From: Phoronis australis
Lineage: Eukaryota; Animalia; Phoronida
DNA length: 64,000 nt
Direction: 5' to 3'
Assembly (NCBI GenBank): GCA_002633005.1
Contig: NMRA01000027.1
Coordinates: forward strand, 471,265-535,264
Positions within the stretch are counted from its first letter, which is position 1, and the number at the start of each line of letters is the position of its first letter. The notes under the pieces are model-generated. The model saw only the letters and a program-made list of their open reading frames with translations. It made no database searches and was not told the DNA's origin. The position numbers were made by a program, and so were the translations under genes. This document shows positions 24,801-37,526 of the stretch, one piece after another.

Positions 24801-27800
24801 GACTATTTGGTGTTAAAAATATTTCCCAACATTTCAGTTTTGTGCGGTTCTCCATGACCACGCCCAGTATCTGCGTGCCGTTGATCAGAGTTTCACCTCC
24901 TTCCAAGAGTCTGTAAAAGAAGACGCCATGACAACTTTAGAAACTGCCACTGGAATACAAGACTTTGCCGATGCATTTCACAATTATGTAACATTTTATG
25001 AGAAAATACTTAACTACCAGTTATTAAGGTAAGATTGGGATCCTTGAAGTTCACTTGTCATCGTGTATTTTCCTTGGCCTTAGTATGCCAGACTGCTTAG
25101 ACTTCAAGGACACAAAAGTCCAAGCTTGTTTAAACGAGTTTCTACTCAGCATATGAGTAGTTAATGTTAGGCCAACAAAATTCCAATAAACCACAGGTGT
25201 TAAAGGAGCATTTTGATCAAAGGAAAGTGGATCAGTATACCTTAGAATGAGTGTTGTGTTGTAGTATTTCAGGATAAGCCTATTGGCCTGTTGCAGCCCA
25301 AGTAGACTTTCAGCCCAAGTAGACTTTCAGCCTAGGGTAATTCATGCTCGCTTCTCCTCAACATCTTAGCCCAGGTGAAAAAGATGTGTTGGGTTACAAC
25401 CAGTTATTAATACATTCTTAAGTGCGTGCCAGGGTTATATGGTGAACAGGTTTGCGGTGTGTGAGGAAGACGCCAAGCTTTGTCCTATAGTCATCAATTC
25501 AAAAAGTGGACAGCCCATGTTAAGCAGGGAGACATCCCTACTTGGGCTGCAACACCATTAAACTAGTAATAGTCCAAGCCCACTGGAAGACACCAGTTTC
25601 CATTAATCGTTTTTGTACCTGAAGGTGATTTTTGAAGGTAAACTGTAAAAATAACTTATTTAATCTTGTAAAGTACGCATAGTTTGAGAAGAACAAGGAA
25701 ATTTGTGGACAGATAGAAATACCCCTTTAAGTTCTTATTTGTCTCTAAGCTTGTTTAAGGCATCCCATTATGTTTGTCTTTGGTCAATATAATCACAATA
25801 GTATATTTCCAAACCACTTCCCCTGACACATATCTTCACTGCAGTCTTGAGGAAGAATGTCAAGCATCTGTGTGCACCAGCTCCCTCCAGACTAAGAACC
25901 AGGAGTTGAAGGAAAGCTTTAAGAAGCTCGCTGCTGCTTTCACTAAAGTTGATACTTACTTAAGACTTCTGGCTGCACAGAGCAGTAGTGACTGTGGTCA
26001 CCTTAAGTCCAATCAACCTAAGATGTTCATGCAGCTATCAACGAGTTTAACAGAATACCACCAGGTTATTAAAGGTGAGGTCTGCCGCTAGCCTTCATCG
26101 TGCTGAATTAGGTAGTCTACATAGTCACTTACCCAAACACGGTAGCTTTTATAATTGTCTTCTTTTCTTTGATAATTAAGCAAAGGAAACCTGTGTTGCT
26201 GCCTGCTTGCTCCACCAAAGTTTTCAAAACAAATGTTCATGCAAGTGATGCTCTATTTCAGTCTTTACTGTGTTGTCTACTGACCCACATGTCTACTGAC
26301 TCACATGTCTACTGAGCCACACAACTAGTTGAATTTGCTTTTGTAAATAACTGAGTAATAGAACACTCTTGTGAATATTTTGAATGGGAAATCTATTACG
26401 TGTAGCTTTCTGATAAAAACACTATAAAACTGCATTATATAAGGCAGAAAATTTACTGACATTAGGAGGAAATAGTACACAGAAGTTAGCATTGGAAATA
26501 AACAATTATATGTATTTTTAATAGTTTATAATTACTTTTTCAGAGGTGTCATCCCAATACAACGCTAAAGTTTCCCTAGAACATCAGTTACCAACGGCTA
26601 CTCAGAAACTTAAGACTACAGATGAATGTGTTCTATCTTCACTAGTTGCTATCAACACATCTGTTGGAAAGGTGACTAGTGAGACATGAGCAGACTTTGA
26701 GTAATATTGTGTGTATTTTAATGCAGTGTCATATTGAGTTTAATCAGAGTTGGATTGATTTTGTTATTTAGATGTTACTTTGTTGTAAACTCACAGAATA
26801 ACTTGAAGTTGATGTCAGGGAGAATATTTATTTCAAACAATACATCAATCAACTACAACGGAATGTATGTCATTGTCGTTTTTTTATTAATTGCAGCTGT
26901 CTGCATTTATGGCCGGTAATCTGGAGTTCCTGTGTGGGTCCGTTGGCTATAGAACTCGAGGAAGTAGTGTCTCCACCAATCTGTCAGTAGAGGGCGCTAA
27001 GTGTAGTCCACTGGTCTCTGGCTTCAGGCAGAAAGCAGCCGATTACATGACCTTGTTGACACAGGTGAAAATATGGAACAGTGATTCATAGAAAATAGCT
27101 GTTTAGAGTTGACTGAACGCGGAATATTGTCTGATGTCATACTGTGAATGAAGTGGGTGGACAAATGATTTGTGTGAAAAAAGTATAGGGTAGACTGCTT
27201 AATACCTTACCGGATAATAGAATATCCCTGCTATTGTTAGGAAATATCAAAAACAAATGATTTCCTTTTTAAATCCTGTAAACATAATCATGTCACATTT
27301 CAGTATCGTATCCATTGATATTGTCATCGGCAAAATCGATTCTTTCCCACTCACTACCATATGTTACTTCATCGCTTTTCAATCTAAAAAACGTAATTCA
27401 CTTTGTGTGATGGGAACTCGGTGCTAGGAGAAAAAGTCAATCATTTCCTGTTTAACTGCCTTACTCTCAGACTCTCTGCATTGAGCGATCAGCTTGTAAG
27501 AGTGTTTACACCCACTGTCAACAACTGTTTACACCCACTGTCAACAAGTGTTTACACCCACTGTCAACAAGTGTTTACACCCACTGTCAACAAGTGTTTA
27601 CACACAGTGTCAACAAGTGTTTACACCCACTGTCAACAAGTGTTTACACCCACTGTCAAGTGTTTACACACAGTGTCAACAAGTGTTTACACACAGTGTC
27701 AACAAGTGCTTACACCCACTGTCAACAAGTGTTTACACACACAGTCAACAAGTGTTTACACCCACCATCAACTCAGAATCTGCTTCACGGAATGTCCGTA

Positions 27801-30800
27801 CTGCTATCATAATTTAGGGTGAAATGGAGGGTATCACAATATATATCTATGAACTGCTTTGTTCCAAGATAGCTGGAAATTTGAAATGATGAATCACTCA
27901 GAATGAAAGCTTCTGTGAAATGCAAGTTTGAAAGTAAGAGGATCATGTTGAATCTGTAAAGCAAGTTAAAATCTTGTGGGAGATACAACTGACACAAGTT
28001 TCAGACAAAGACGATTGTTAAATTCAGTCTATTCCACAGGAGTTAATAAACACCCGTTGTTATAATTTTTTTAAACGAACTACTGATTATGAAGAAGCGG
28101 TCTCGTTTACATAATTCTTATATGTATTGAAAGTTAAGAATACTTTTCAAATTTCTTTTGTTTTATTTAATGACAAAAATGTTTTTGTGAATTTCAGTAA
28201 ATGAGTAATGACTTCTTGTACATTCTCTGTAATTTCTACAGCCTTGCCCTGAGTCTGTTCCGTACGAAGTGGCCGTTAAAGACAGAAAAATACTCATCAG
28301 TTCAACTGAAAGCCGGGATGGTTTAGTACAACAGGTATACTGCAGTTAAATAATTTTACATATTAATTATATTCTAATATTTAATTTTTGGGGTTAGAAG
28401 GCATCCCTAACTATCAACACTTGTCTTTCAAAAACATAGAAATTGTGGCTGGGAGATGGGGTCTATGGCAGCGACTTCTATTGGACTAGTCGCGATACAG
28501 CATGTTTACATATTGAATATTGGGGCATGGGGGTAAAGTTGTTGTATGTTCTTGTAGTGGCATGTACACTTGAACAGAGAAATATGGTGCTAAGTATTCC
28601 ACTTACTACAGATAGTCTTAAGAGTTAGATTTGATAAATATGGTACTGTGGGGGAATATTTCATAGTCTACATCATCACTGGATAAACATGTTTTTGTGT
28701 TTGCTGTAAAAACTCCGTTATCACTCAGTCACCACAGCGGAACACAGGAACGCCACTGAAGTCCAGGCTGTGACTAATTTGCCCTTTGAACTAAGGACCA
28801 CAAAACTGGATGATGTCACTGGGTAGTGCTTGTTGTTGCTGCATTGAATTGTCTGTATTTGCAGTTATCATCAATTTTGAAAATTCAGACTGGTAACAGT
28901 TACAATATTCAGTTGCCTGTGTTATTCTTGAAATGACAGACACACTTTTTTTGGTCTCATTAATGACAAGTCGCATACAAGACACATTGACCAGCCCAGT
29001 TACTGGTCATCTGTCACATACAATACACAATGACCAGCCCAATTACTGGTCAGCTGTCACATGAAATACACATTGACCAGCCCAGTTACTGATCGTCTGG
29101 CAACAATGATTCTTTGATACATTCACTGACCAGCTTAAATGCAGATGTACTATTGTACCTTGTTTCAACATTGCAAACACAGTGGAACTGATAGGATTTG
29201 ACTCGCAGATTGTGAAAGAAAATATTAATATCATAAAGAAATGCACCTTTCAACTGCAGGTGTCTGAATTCCAAGAAAAGACGAGCAAACTTGAACAAGA
29301 GAAGGAACACTGGATGTTGGAGGCTCAGTTACTGAAAATTAAATATGAAAAAGAGGCAGAGGTGAGTCACACTTGAATAAGAAACAAATGAATTCAGTTA
29401 TTACTCATAAGTACACTGACTTCTCATTTAAAGCCAAGAACTTATTTCTGTCAACCAGAGAACCATTCGTGTGAGCCTTTCCAAAAACATTCATTGCTCA
29501 AACTCTGTTTTGGCCATTGACCAAGACCTACTGCAGCTCACTCACAGCTGATTGGTCAGAATATTCTTGACTCCGCCCACTGGTTGGTTTCCCCTGCTGT
29601 CATAATTATTCTCTTCACACAGAGTTTTGTTTTAATATTCTAATTATAGTCATTAGATGACTATGGCCAAGGTCTGTTATTAGTCTGGTCATGCCTGATG
29701 GAGGGCGTTGTCAGACCATGTGTTTTAGCTTTTCTGGTTTCCACGGAATCTCGGAAAACAAGATCTTCTCCAAACTTTCATAATGTGCATTGTAGGTCAT
29801 GGAACCCAACTGATTCCAGGTGAAATGGGCGTGCGACAGGCTCTGCTACTTCTTAAACTTTGTTGAGGTTGCCATGACACCATTTTTTACCCTATGGCCT
29901 CTACTCGGGAGAAGAGTGAACATGCAAACCTCTGTATGTTCCACTCCGCAGGGACTCCTTAATACATGGCTGATTTCAGCTGGCCTTCAAATTGATGGTT
30001 ATTACTAGATTTTTTTCATCTTGTCCTTAACTACCATATCAGTCATGAATCAATCGCACTGCTTTAGACAGTTGTTTCCATTTTATACAGCGAGCGCGAG
30101 AAGCAGAGAAGTTGTTGCAAACTAGTCAGTCTAGTTCTCTGGAGGATCATGTAGACAGACCAGCTGTGGAAGGTCTTGTACCGAGGAAGAACACCCAACT
30201 AAGACAACTGGATACAACCATGGTAACTAGTTAAAAGGACGTCTACTGCTTAATTTACCATTTTACTCGACCACACAAACCCTTCCATACCATGATAGAA
30301 AAGGATGTTCATACCCAAACAGATCATTCAGGGTATTGATGAGTAGAAGAAAGTGATAAAAAGTTTTGACAGGATTGAACAACCCCTCAAACGTTGTGAC
30401 ATTTGTCCGCAGCTTCTCATCTTTGTGCTGACCTGGTAAACATCACTTTATGAATTTTTGAAAGAAATTGAATTTCATCTTTTCACATCACCATTTAAAG
30501 GACTCCAGGAAGTGTATGTTAGCAGTGAACCTTGACGTATATTCTCTACACTCCTGAAAATGACTCTACTATGTTTATGAAACATCTCTTTAAAGGCTGC
30601 ATGTTAATTAAAGTCCAAAGTCTGGTTAATGCTCGTCATGGTATCATAATACATTGTACAGTTACAGTAACTTTAAACAGACACTGTGTTCTACTGATTT
30701 AATGCAATGCCAATGTATTTATGAATTTCCACTTAAACATAACTGCCATACTTCTAGCTTGGTGATGTCGTTTCGGAGTCCTCGTTCTCTGAAGATCAAA

Positions 30801-33800
30801 CACGAGAAATGTTGATCAAGAACCATTTCAGTGAGAGAATATCAGACTTAACTAGTCAGCTGCAGATGGCTGATAGTAAAACAGTGAGCTTCAGTGCTGA
30901 GGTTAGTCTTAAGAAATGATACTATAGGAATTGACTTGATTTTCATTGGTAAAATACTTTTGTAAAATATTAGCGACCATTCAACATACAACTCTCTTGT
31001 AGTGAGTGTTTAACTTTTGCTTGATCAAATCTCAACTTTTGTCACACAAAGCATATTTTTTCATGTACAGATATTTCATTACCTGAGGTTTTACCCACTG
31101 CTTTGTACATGACATGTTTCCTGTAGGTGGCACTGCGATAAATCTACCACGTTGTGACGCAGTTTCAATGGATCACCACTCTATTGCAAAGTGGTTATTG
31201 ACTCAATCTCTTCTCTTGAAATTTTGTTCTTATGCGCCCACATATTTATATTGCATATTGCCGTCATCTCTGTCTGGGCATCCGGCGTCCGCATCTCCTA
31301 AACCCCTCATAGAATCTTGATGAGATATGGCAGATGTGTTCTTAAGAAGTTTACAACGGATGATGACGAATTTCGGTCTTATCCGACTACCGGTGTGCCC
31401 CCTGTTGGCAATTTTATTTTTTGCCATTCTGCTTTTTCGGAGGTCCTCAACGGATTTTCATAAAATTTAGTAGACAGGCATCTATTAGTGAGGTAATGCT
31501 ATCCTCCTGTTTTCAGATGGATTCGAGGTATTTTGTGTCATCTAGTGGAAATTTTTACAGTATTTGAGTCTGTTTTTTGGCATCCGCCCCTCTATTAAGG
31601 ATGATTGTGAAAATTGGCATATATTTTCCTACTGTGAAGAAAACAGCTCATGATGATTTTCCGATTTTGACTACTGTGGCACCTCCTAGTGGCTCCCATC
31701 GCTGTATCTCCTAAATCCTCCGCAGGATCTTCATTAAATTTAGCAAGTGTATTATGAAGTTGACAACAGAAGACAATGACTTTCCGATGGATCTGATGAA
31801 CGCTGTGGCAATTTCCTTTTTTTCCGTTTTCCTCTGTTTCTCTGACATTCCTTGGTGGATTTTTATGAAATTTGGTAGAAGCGGTGACATGTTCCTGTTT
31901 TTAGATGGATTGAGCCTATGTTGGGCCATCTAGTGTCCATTTTTACTGTTTTCTAGTCTGTTTTTGGCATCTGCCTCTCTATCAACCAAACACTCAGGAT
32001 GATTTTGAAAACTGGTGTTTATGTTTCTACTGTGAAGAGGCCGGCTGATGAGGAGTTTTGGACTTGGACTACTGTGGCACCTCCTAGTGGCAGTTTTTTT
32101 TTGCATCTATGCCTGTATCTCCCAAACCCTCTGCAGGATATTTATTAAATCTATGAAACAAATAAACACCCCTAGATGCAAACCATTTGCCGAGCAGTTG
32201 TGGGCACATTTCAACACTCTGCATTTCTCTTGTTGATATTTGTCTAATTTGCTTAGTGGGGATTTGTTTCTGGTTCCCTTCACAATTTTTGTTGTGGTTT
32301 TTGAGAAAGTCAAACAACTATTTGTATTTCAGTGTCGTGCTCTTCACAAACAGCTGGATATAGCTGACAAGAACACGGAAAGTGCTGAGAACAGTTTGAA
32401 AGCAGCCAACCAAACTATAACACAACTGAAAGTGAGTACGGTAAATGCTCTGCAAACTCGAACAGTCTCTGAAATTTGAGACACTAAAATTCAAGCCAAG
32501 TTGAATTTCTTGATGTTGAAGATTGCAAAAAGTTTCTGTTCACTCACATGATTTTGCGTGGTCTTGTGTGACCCCACTTTTCTTGCAAGAAACTTGGCAC
32601 TTTATGGAATACAGCCCTGGTATACTACGTATCAACTGGTATCACACATAGTATTACTTAGTTGTTAGTTAAGCTTGTAGACAATTCAATTTTGGCCTCT
32701 CAAGGACAACATGTCAACATTTAACATTCAGCTTGTTGCTTCATGAGGCAAAAACCTGGTAGTACATCAGGCACACACAGACACACGCATGCATGCACGC
32801 GTGCGCGCGCGCACACACACACAGACACACACAGAGCACCAGCACTCTTCTATCCTGTTGCTTCGTTTGTAGCACCAGTGTGTGATACGTTTTTGCCACA
32901 CATTTCGTTTACCATGATGTCCAAATTTTGCAGGATCAATTGGAAATTACGACCCGTAACTATGAGGATCAGTTATCTATGATGAGCGAGCACTTGGCTG
33001 CAATGAATGAGAAACTAACTACACAAACGGATGAAATTAATGCTTTGAAACACCAGCTAGCATCCAATAAGGTTTGTATTCCAAAGTGTACTGTCACTGT
33101 CCTGATTTTACGAAGAGATCTCCACTATCTGCTCTATTTCATTAACTTTTCTGTTCATGAATAGTGTCACCTAGTGGCCGTTTTGATTACTTTTGAGTCG
33201 TCCGCCTCTCAATTGACCACTCTAAGCATCACTATGAAATTTGGTGTATATGTTCCTACTGGGAAGAACATGGCTGACAATGATTTTTGGATGAGTTTTA
33301 TTATTTTAGCTCCCCTTGTGGCAATTTTTTTTCGCATCCCCAGCTGTTTCTCTTAAACCTCTGCAGGATCTTTGTAAATTTCGGCAGGTTTATTTTTATG
33401 AATGTGACTAATGGATGACTTTCGAACGTATCCAACTAACGTTGCGCCCCTAGTCATGGGCGGCGCAGCACTGACAAAGGTTGGGGCTATAGCCCCCCCA
33501 TGCCCTCTATGGTGCGCCGCCCATGCTTGTGGGAAGGGCATGGTTGATAATGATTTTCGGACTCGTCTGACTGCTGTGTCTCCCTCTAGTTGTAATTTTG
33601 TATTTTTGCATGTGGCTGAATATCTACCAGTGAAGTTCTCTGATAAATCATCTTGAAATTTGTATGTGCTGTCGTTGAAGAAAGTGCAAGTCATATGGAT
33701 TTCGGGTTAAATCCAAGGACTGTGTAGTCCCCTATTGGCAATTTTGTTTTTCGTTGCGTTCGCCTCGCCATCTGTCAAGTTCTTTGATGAATGTTTATGA

Positions 33801-35000
33801 AATTTGGCAAATATGTTACTATCATGTAAACGAAGGCACAAGCCTGCTGGTGATCTTTTTATTATTTCTGTGTATTACTTCTTTGTTGCTGCCTCCCTAT
33901 CCTCCAAACTGTGAAGAATCAGGATGATGGGTGACAGACTAGAGCATTGCTGACTAGCTTTGTTCCCCCTAAAGGCTATTATTTTTAAGTTTATTAGCAT
34001 TACTACCTTTAATGGGAATATTGTGTCTGTGCTGTATATGAGGCTCACAGTGGGTGCATGTCAATGCTCTGCACTGTTCTTTTAGAATACAGCATTCATT
34101 GAAAGATTTTTTGTTTTGTTCAGATGTACCCAACTCGTGTTGTGTCCATCTCTGTCCTCTGACCGTAAGTTGTGAGATGAACAGGCTGTGCACACAGGTG
34201 GGATGGCCTTGCATCAAATGCTTTACGCATTATTTACACATTGATAATACTCTGAATGTTATTTAAATTGTACAGTGAACGTGAACAGTCTTCATCTAAA
34301 TATTTCTAGTCAAATGGTAACAATCAACCTTCACGTATGGCTGTGATGATTGTGTCAAAAAATTTTAACAAATAGTTTTTTAACTTTTCATTTGAAACCA
34401 ACGAAATCTTTAAAGCATGGAAGTGTGTACATTAACACACTGAAATATTATTTGCTTTTCAGTTGTCAAGTGAAATATAACTTTGTTTTTTTTTGTTGCT
34501 CCAAAAATATGTCAGTTTTTAAGCTAAATGTTTGAAGTGACTTTGTTACCTTATTACAAATGTACGTGAAGTGTTAGCAGGGAGGTGTACCTGAGGAGTT
34601 AGGGAGTATACCTGAGGTGTTAGGGGGTGTACCTGGGGTGTTAGGGGGTGTACCTGGGGTGTTAAGGGGTGTACCTGAGGTGTTAGGGGGTGTACCTGAG
34701 GTGTTAGTAGGTGTACCTGAGGTGTTAGGGGGTGTACTTGAGGGGTTATCTTGGGTGTACTAGAAACCTTCTTTTAACTAATTACGTTGTTTGTGGTTAT
34801 CCAATTTTTTTCTTTATCTTACATTGATATGCTGCTACTAATTTGCCCTTCAAAGTGTCGTTATCAAGTGCTGGTGCTAAGGAAATGCATGTATAGTTAG
34901 CAATCTCTTTTTACCTTTATATGTCTGAGTAAAACTGTATGACTGACATTTGTTGTCATTTCTTTTATTTCAGTCCATCAAAAGGGGTCGCCTCAAGTAG
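12802..35000 (+). CDS. PPP1R21: Protein phosphatase 1 regulatory subunit 21 (KLRAQ1/CCDC128, FERRY complex), 19 coding exons, ~785 aa
   Basis: Phase-consistent exons: 12802-12852, 15424-15492, 17020-17166, 18820-18936, 19973-20137, 21257-21315, 22776-22870, 24407-24609, 24838-25028, 25845-26074, 26544-26671, 26897-27064, 28242-28334, 29260-29361, 30091-30222, 30758-30901, 32333-32431, 32934-33071, 34974-35000 (2358 nt). Motifs KYQKLA..KLRAQ, DSLTFRNQQL, FHSYTEQR, KLEQEKEHWMLEAQL and TTRNYEDQLSMMSEHL. ATTAAA at 35302. Confidence 0.96.
13923..14256. mobile_element. Fold-back / MITE-like element with ~150-bp inverted arms (PPP1R21 intron 1)
   Basis: Arms mirror each other (caaactatttcttcgagcag..ctttgttca vs tgaacaaagg..ctgctcgaagaaatagtttg). 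The ORF track shows the same peptide on both strands. Confidence 0.8.
15059..15300 (-). mobile_element. tRNA-derived SINE with 12-bp target-site duplication
   Basis: Minus-strand A-box-like TGGCCTGGTTGA and B-box GGTTCGAGTC, with an AT-rich 3' tail. cagtcatgacca is repeated at 15047-15058 and 15301-15312. A second copy lies at 37270-37526. Confidence 0.8.
18462..18805. repeat. Degenerate ~21-bp T-rich minisatellite abutting the PPP1R21 exon 4 acceptor
   Basis: Repeated ttttgt(c/t)atgaatattctct-like units. Confidence 0.8.
19285..19755 (-). mobile_element. Decayed Penelope-like element fragment (GIY-YIG C-terminus between inverted pseudo-LTR copies)
   Basis: Minus-strand peptide CFSILNQAETTKELKISESIHIRWLKPELSK resembles PLE endonuclease C-termini. 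19311-19420 and 19614-19729 are diverged inverted copies containing hammerhead-like CTG(A/G)TGA..GAAA. Confidence 0.7.
19765..19965. repeat. ~39-bp degenerate tandem repeat (~5 copies) ending at the PPP1R21 exon 5 acceptor
   Basis: Repeated acacattacaaatgat..tttgacc units. Confidence 0.75.
21293..21790. repeat. ~44-bp degenerate minisatellite starting inside PPP1R21 exon 6 and spanning its donor
   Basis: Unit gctaagatgagatattca(a/t)atg(c/t)gt(a/g)tgtctgaat..agctt, ~11 copies. Confidence 0.85.
22153..22507. repeat. 44-bp tandem repeat, 8 copies
   Basis: Unit aaaatgttgtctggtgatagctatggttcaaacattgaacatgt. Confidence 0.96.
27501..27766. repeat. 23-bp tandem repeat, ~11-12 copies
   Basis: Unit gtgtttacacccactgtcaacaa. 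Confidence 0.96.
28985..29095. repeat. ~43-bp tandem repeat, ~3 copies
   Basis: Repeated cattgaccagcccagttactggtc. Confidence 0.75.
31100..33960. mobile_element. Degenerate repeat array (~390-bp internal period; Helitron/HINE-like) in two blocks, 31100-32200 and 33165-33960, flanking PPP1R21 exons 17-18
   Basis: Recurrent gaaatttgg, cctactgtgaaga..tgatgatttt, cacctcctagtggc and gcaggatctt motifs in the same orientation in both blocks. The class assignment is inference. Confidence 0.55.
33455..33525. mobile_element. 71-bp mini-MITE nested in the repeat array
   Basis: Perfect 13-bp TIR catgggcggcgca / tgcgccgcccatg, GC-rich against an AT-rich host. Confidence 0.7.
34570..34760. repeat. G-rich 21-bp tandem repeat (~8-9 copies)
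   Basis: Unit tagggggtgtacctg(a/g)ggtgt. Confidence 0.9.
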
Positions 35001-35458
35001 CTGTGATTGCAATGTCCTGCATTTTGATTGGTCCACTTAAAAGTGTTAGCTATCATTGATGTACAGTTGGGGTCACGTGATATGAACACCCTGCATTACT
35101 CATAATAGTGTCCCATTTAACAAAATGTCATTGGCAAGGTGCTGTCTAATGAATGTGTTGATGTAAAGATTTTTCAATCTGATATTGTTGTAATGATACA
35201 AGATTTATGTTTAAATTTTCTGTAAAGATTAAGTATCACACGATCAGTGTTATGGCTTTTTGTGTGTTATTTTTGCTCTGTCAGATTAGTGCAATCATGG
35301 TATTAAAGTGTTGATTTTCAAAGTATGATGTTTGTCTCTGGTTGTGTCAGTCTTGGAACTGAGGATGGTAGATGAGCCATGTTGAGATTTAACACTTTTT
35401 CTTGCACTGAAATTTTTTTTAAGTGCACCGAACCTAGTAGTTTATTAATTTGATATCA

Positions 35459-35725
35459 CGTGGGCGCACCCAGGGGGGGCTTGGAGGCTTGAATGAGCCC
35501 CCAATTTGGCAAATTGGGCAAAAAGGTCCACCTCAGTGAATCGAAAAGTCCGAGTAAACGTGACAAAAGTCCACTGAGTCTACAGGAATTCGGTGCGGAT
35601 GCACAATTCCTAGGCCTGAACCTAGTAGCCCTGTATTTTGTTTAGTCCTCACTGATTTTTTCAGTAAAAGATCCGCGTACCGAAAATTTCGAGCAATCCT
35701 ATATTTTAGGCTGGGTGCATGCATG
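35459..35725. mobile_element. MITE, same family as 54303-54537 but in opposite orientation
   Basis: Imperfect TIR cgtgggcgcacccag / ctgggtgcatgcatg. Shares the internal cccc.atttggc.aa.tgggcaaaaa.gtcc motif with the 54.3-kb copy. Confidence 0.7.
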
Positions 35726-37269
35726 CATCAGAAGTGGTATGTTTTGACCTTTTGACCTCGAGGTAAACAACATATTGACTTAATTATCGCTGGTACGAAA
35801 TTCGATTTGAGTGACGACACTGTAACCTTTGACCTCGGATAAGTAGTAAACAAATTTCAACTTTGTTCCAAGGTGGTTGTACTAAATCTTTTTTCTCTCT
35901 ACACCACATATATTTCGTTTCTGAAGTTCCCCGAAAATGAAAATAAGGTATTTTGCTAGACGAATGTGAAATATTGTAAATACGGCCAATTTTCGTGAAT
36001 TATAACCTTTGAGATATCCTTAAACTGTGCAGGTACAATAAATTGCTCAAAAGCGTGTGTAGGGGGCGGAGTCTTAATATAAGTACACGAAATCCAACTT
36101 GAATTTTTTTTTTGGAACTCAAACTAAGTGTCTACTATTATGAGTCTGTGCGCCAGTACATTATGGCTTATGCATACTGGTCCAAGTTCGCACTTGATGA
36201 CCCCTAAGTTCGAGCTACAAAACTCGGAAGATTTCTGGTTTAGTACTCGAAAGTTTGACCTTAATGCTGGGATCATTCAGCGCTAACTAGGAATAGACAG
36301 TTCTTCACGTAAGCAATGTACTGAACAAAGAATAACAGACACTTATCTTAAGTTCGCTTGAAAATAGAATAAGAAACGCCAAAAATTATTTCAATTTCGA
36401 GAAAACAAATTAGACCTGAGTCTTCGTGAATCTTCGAGTAGGGTCAAGCCTGAATTGATGCGTTGATGCCTCGCTCTTTCGGGGGATCGGTACGAATTCT
36501 TATTTTATCTGCACTAAAACTATATGGAATATCAATATCTTAAAAGTTGTTCCTAATGATTGACAAAAGCAATCTACGAGTATGGGTTTTGCAGTATTTT
36601 AGAATTTTTAATTTCCGTACTGAGTATTACGTAGGCCTACTACCACCCGGCATAAGAGAATAAACTTGTGTAACTGTATAAACTGCAAGGAAACGAATGT
36701 CAATATAAAATTGTAATAAACGATAGGAAGTTGAAATGATCAGGAATGTCTGATCTGATGACGTGGGAATTTCAAATATTATCCTCGAGTATGCGCTGTT
36801 CTCCTAAATGCTCTTGACTTGGGATGTCTTTAAAAAATTCCACTAATGCATTAGGGGCTATGTGAAACAGAACTCCTAATTTTTATTAAAAAAAGTCAAA
36901 AGTTGCACAAGACGAGAATGAAATGAAATTTAAAAAAACTGTTGCAGCATTTTGAGATTTCAACATGATTTATATCATGATATATATCATGCCATATAGC
37001 ACAAACGAATGCAAGTTTATTGTAAGACATATTTATGGATTCAGCGAGGAGGAATTTGTCAGCTTATCTGTGTATATGACTATTTGTTGCTTGTTTGATT
37101 TACATGTTTTCATAAACGTGTCCAAACGGGGAAGTTGGGACTTTTTTAATTGTCTGGCGCCACATAGGTAAGGCCCGTATAGATATAGAGATTCTATGTC
37201 TACGGTCGGGCCTTAGCTACAGAGACTTTCGGCGGGGCCCATTGCACTGAACAAGATGGAATATAAGTT

Positions 37270-37526
37270 AAAAAAAAAAAAATAATTGCAGGCGGATTGG
37301 TTGAGGTTGTACCAGGCGTGCGCAGGCCACTCGGGTGGGCCCACTTGCCTGATAACCTGGAATCATTTTATGCTTTATTAATATACACATAAAAACCGAG
37401 TCGTGGCTTGAGCTAGAGATCAGACTCAAGAGTCTAGCAGTGTGCCCCATGAGCCTAGAACCAACGATCTTGAGTAAATGAAAGGAAGCGGACACTTATC
37501 CCGGCACTATAGGCCACACTGCCTCC
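37270..37526 (-). mobile_element. tRNA-derived SINE (second copy)
   Basis: Collinear similarity with 15059-15300 (aataattgcaggcg..gttgtaccag..gtgggccca..tatgctttattaatata..aggccacactg). Confidence 0.8.

Noticed and set aside
27403-27822. Repetitive ORFs (VFTPTVNKCLH..)
   Set aside because: Translation of a 23-bp intronic tandem repeat.
12853-33076. Repeated GTTTG donors in PPP1R21 (introns 1-4 and 18) as unusual splicing
   Set aside because: All are canonical GT-AG with a strong exonic AG, not U12-type; within normal invertebrate variation.
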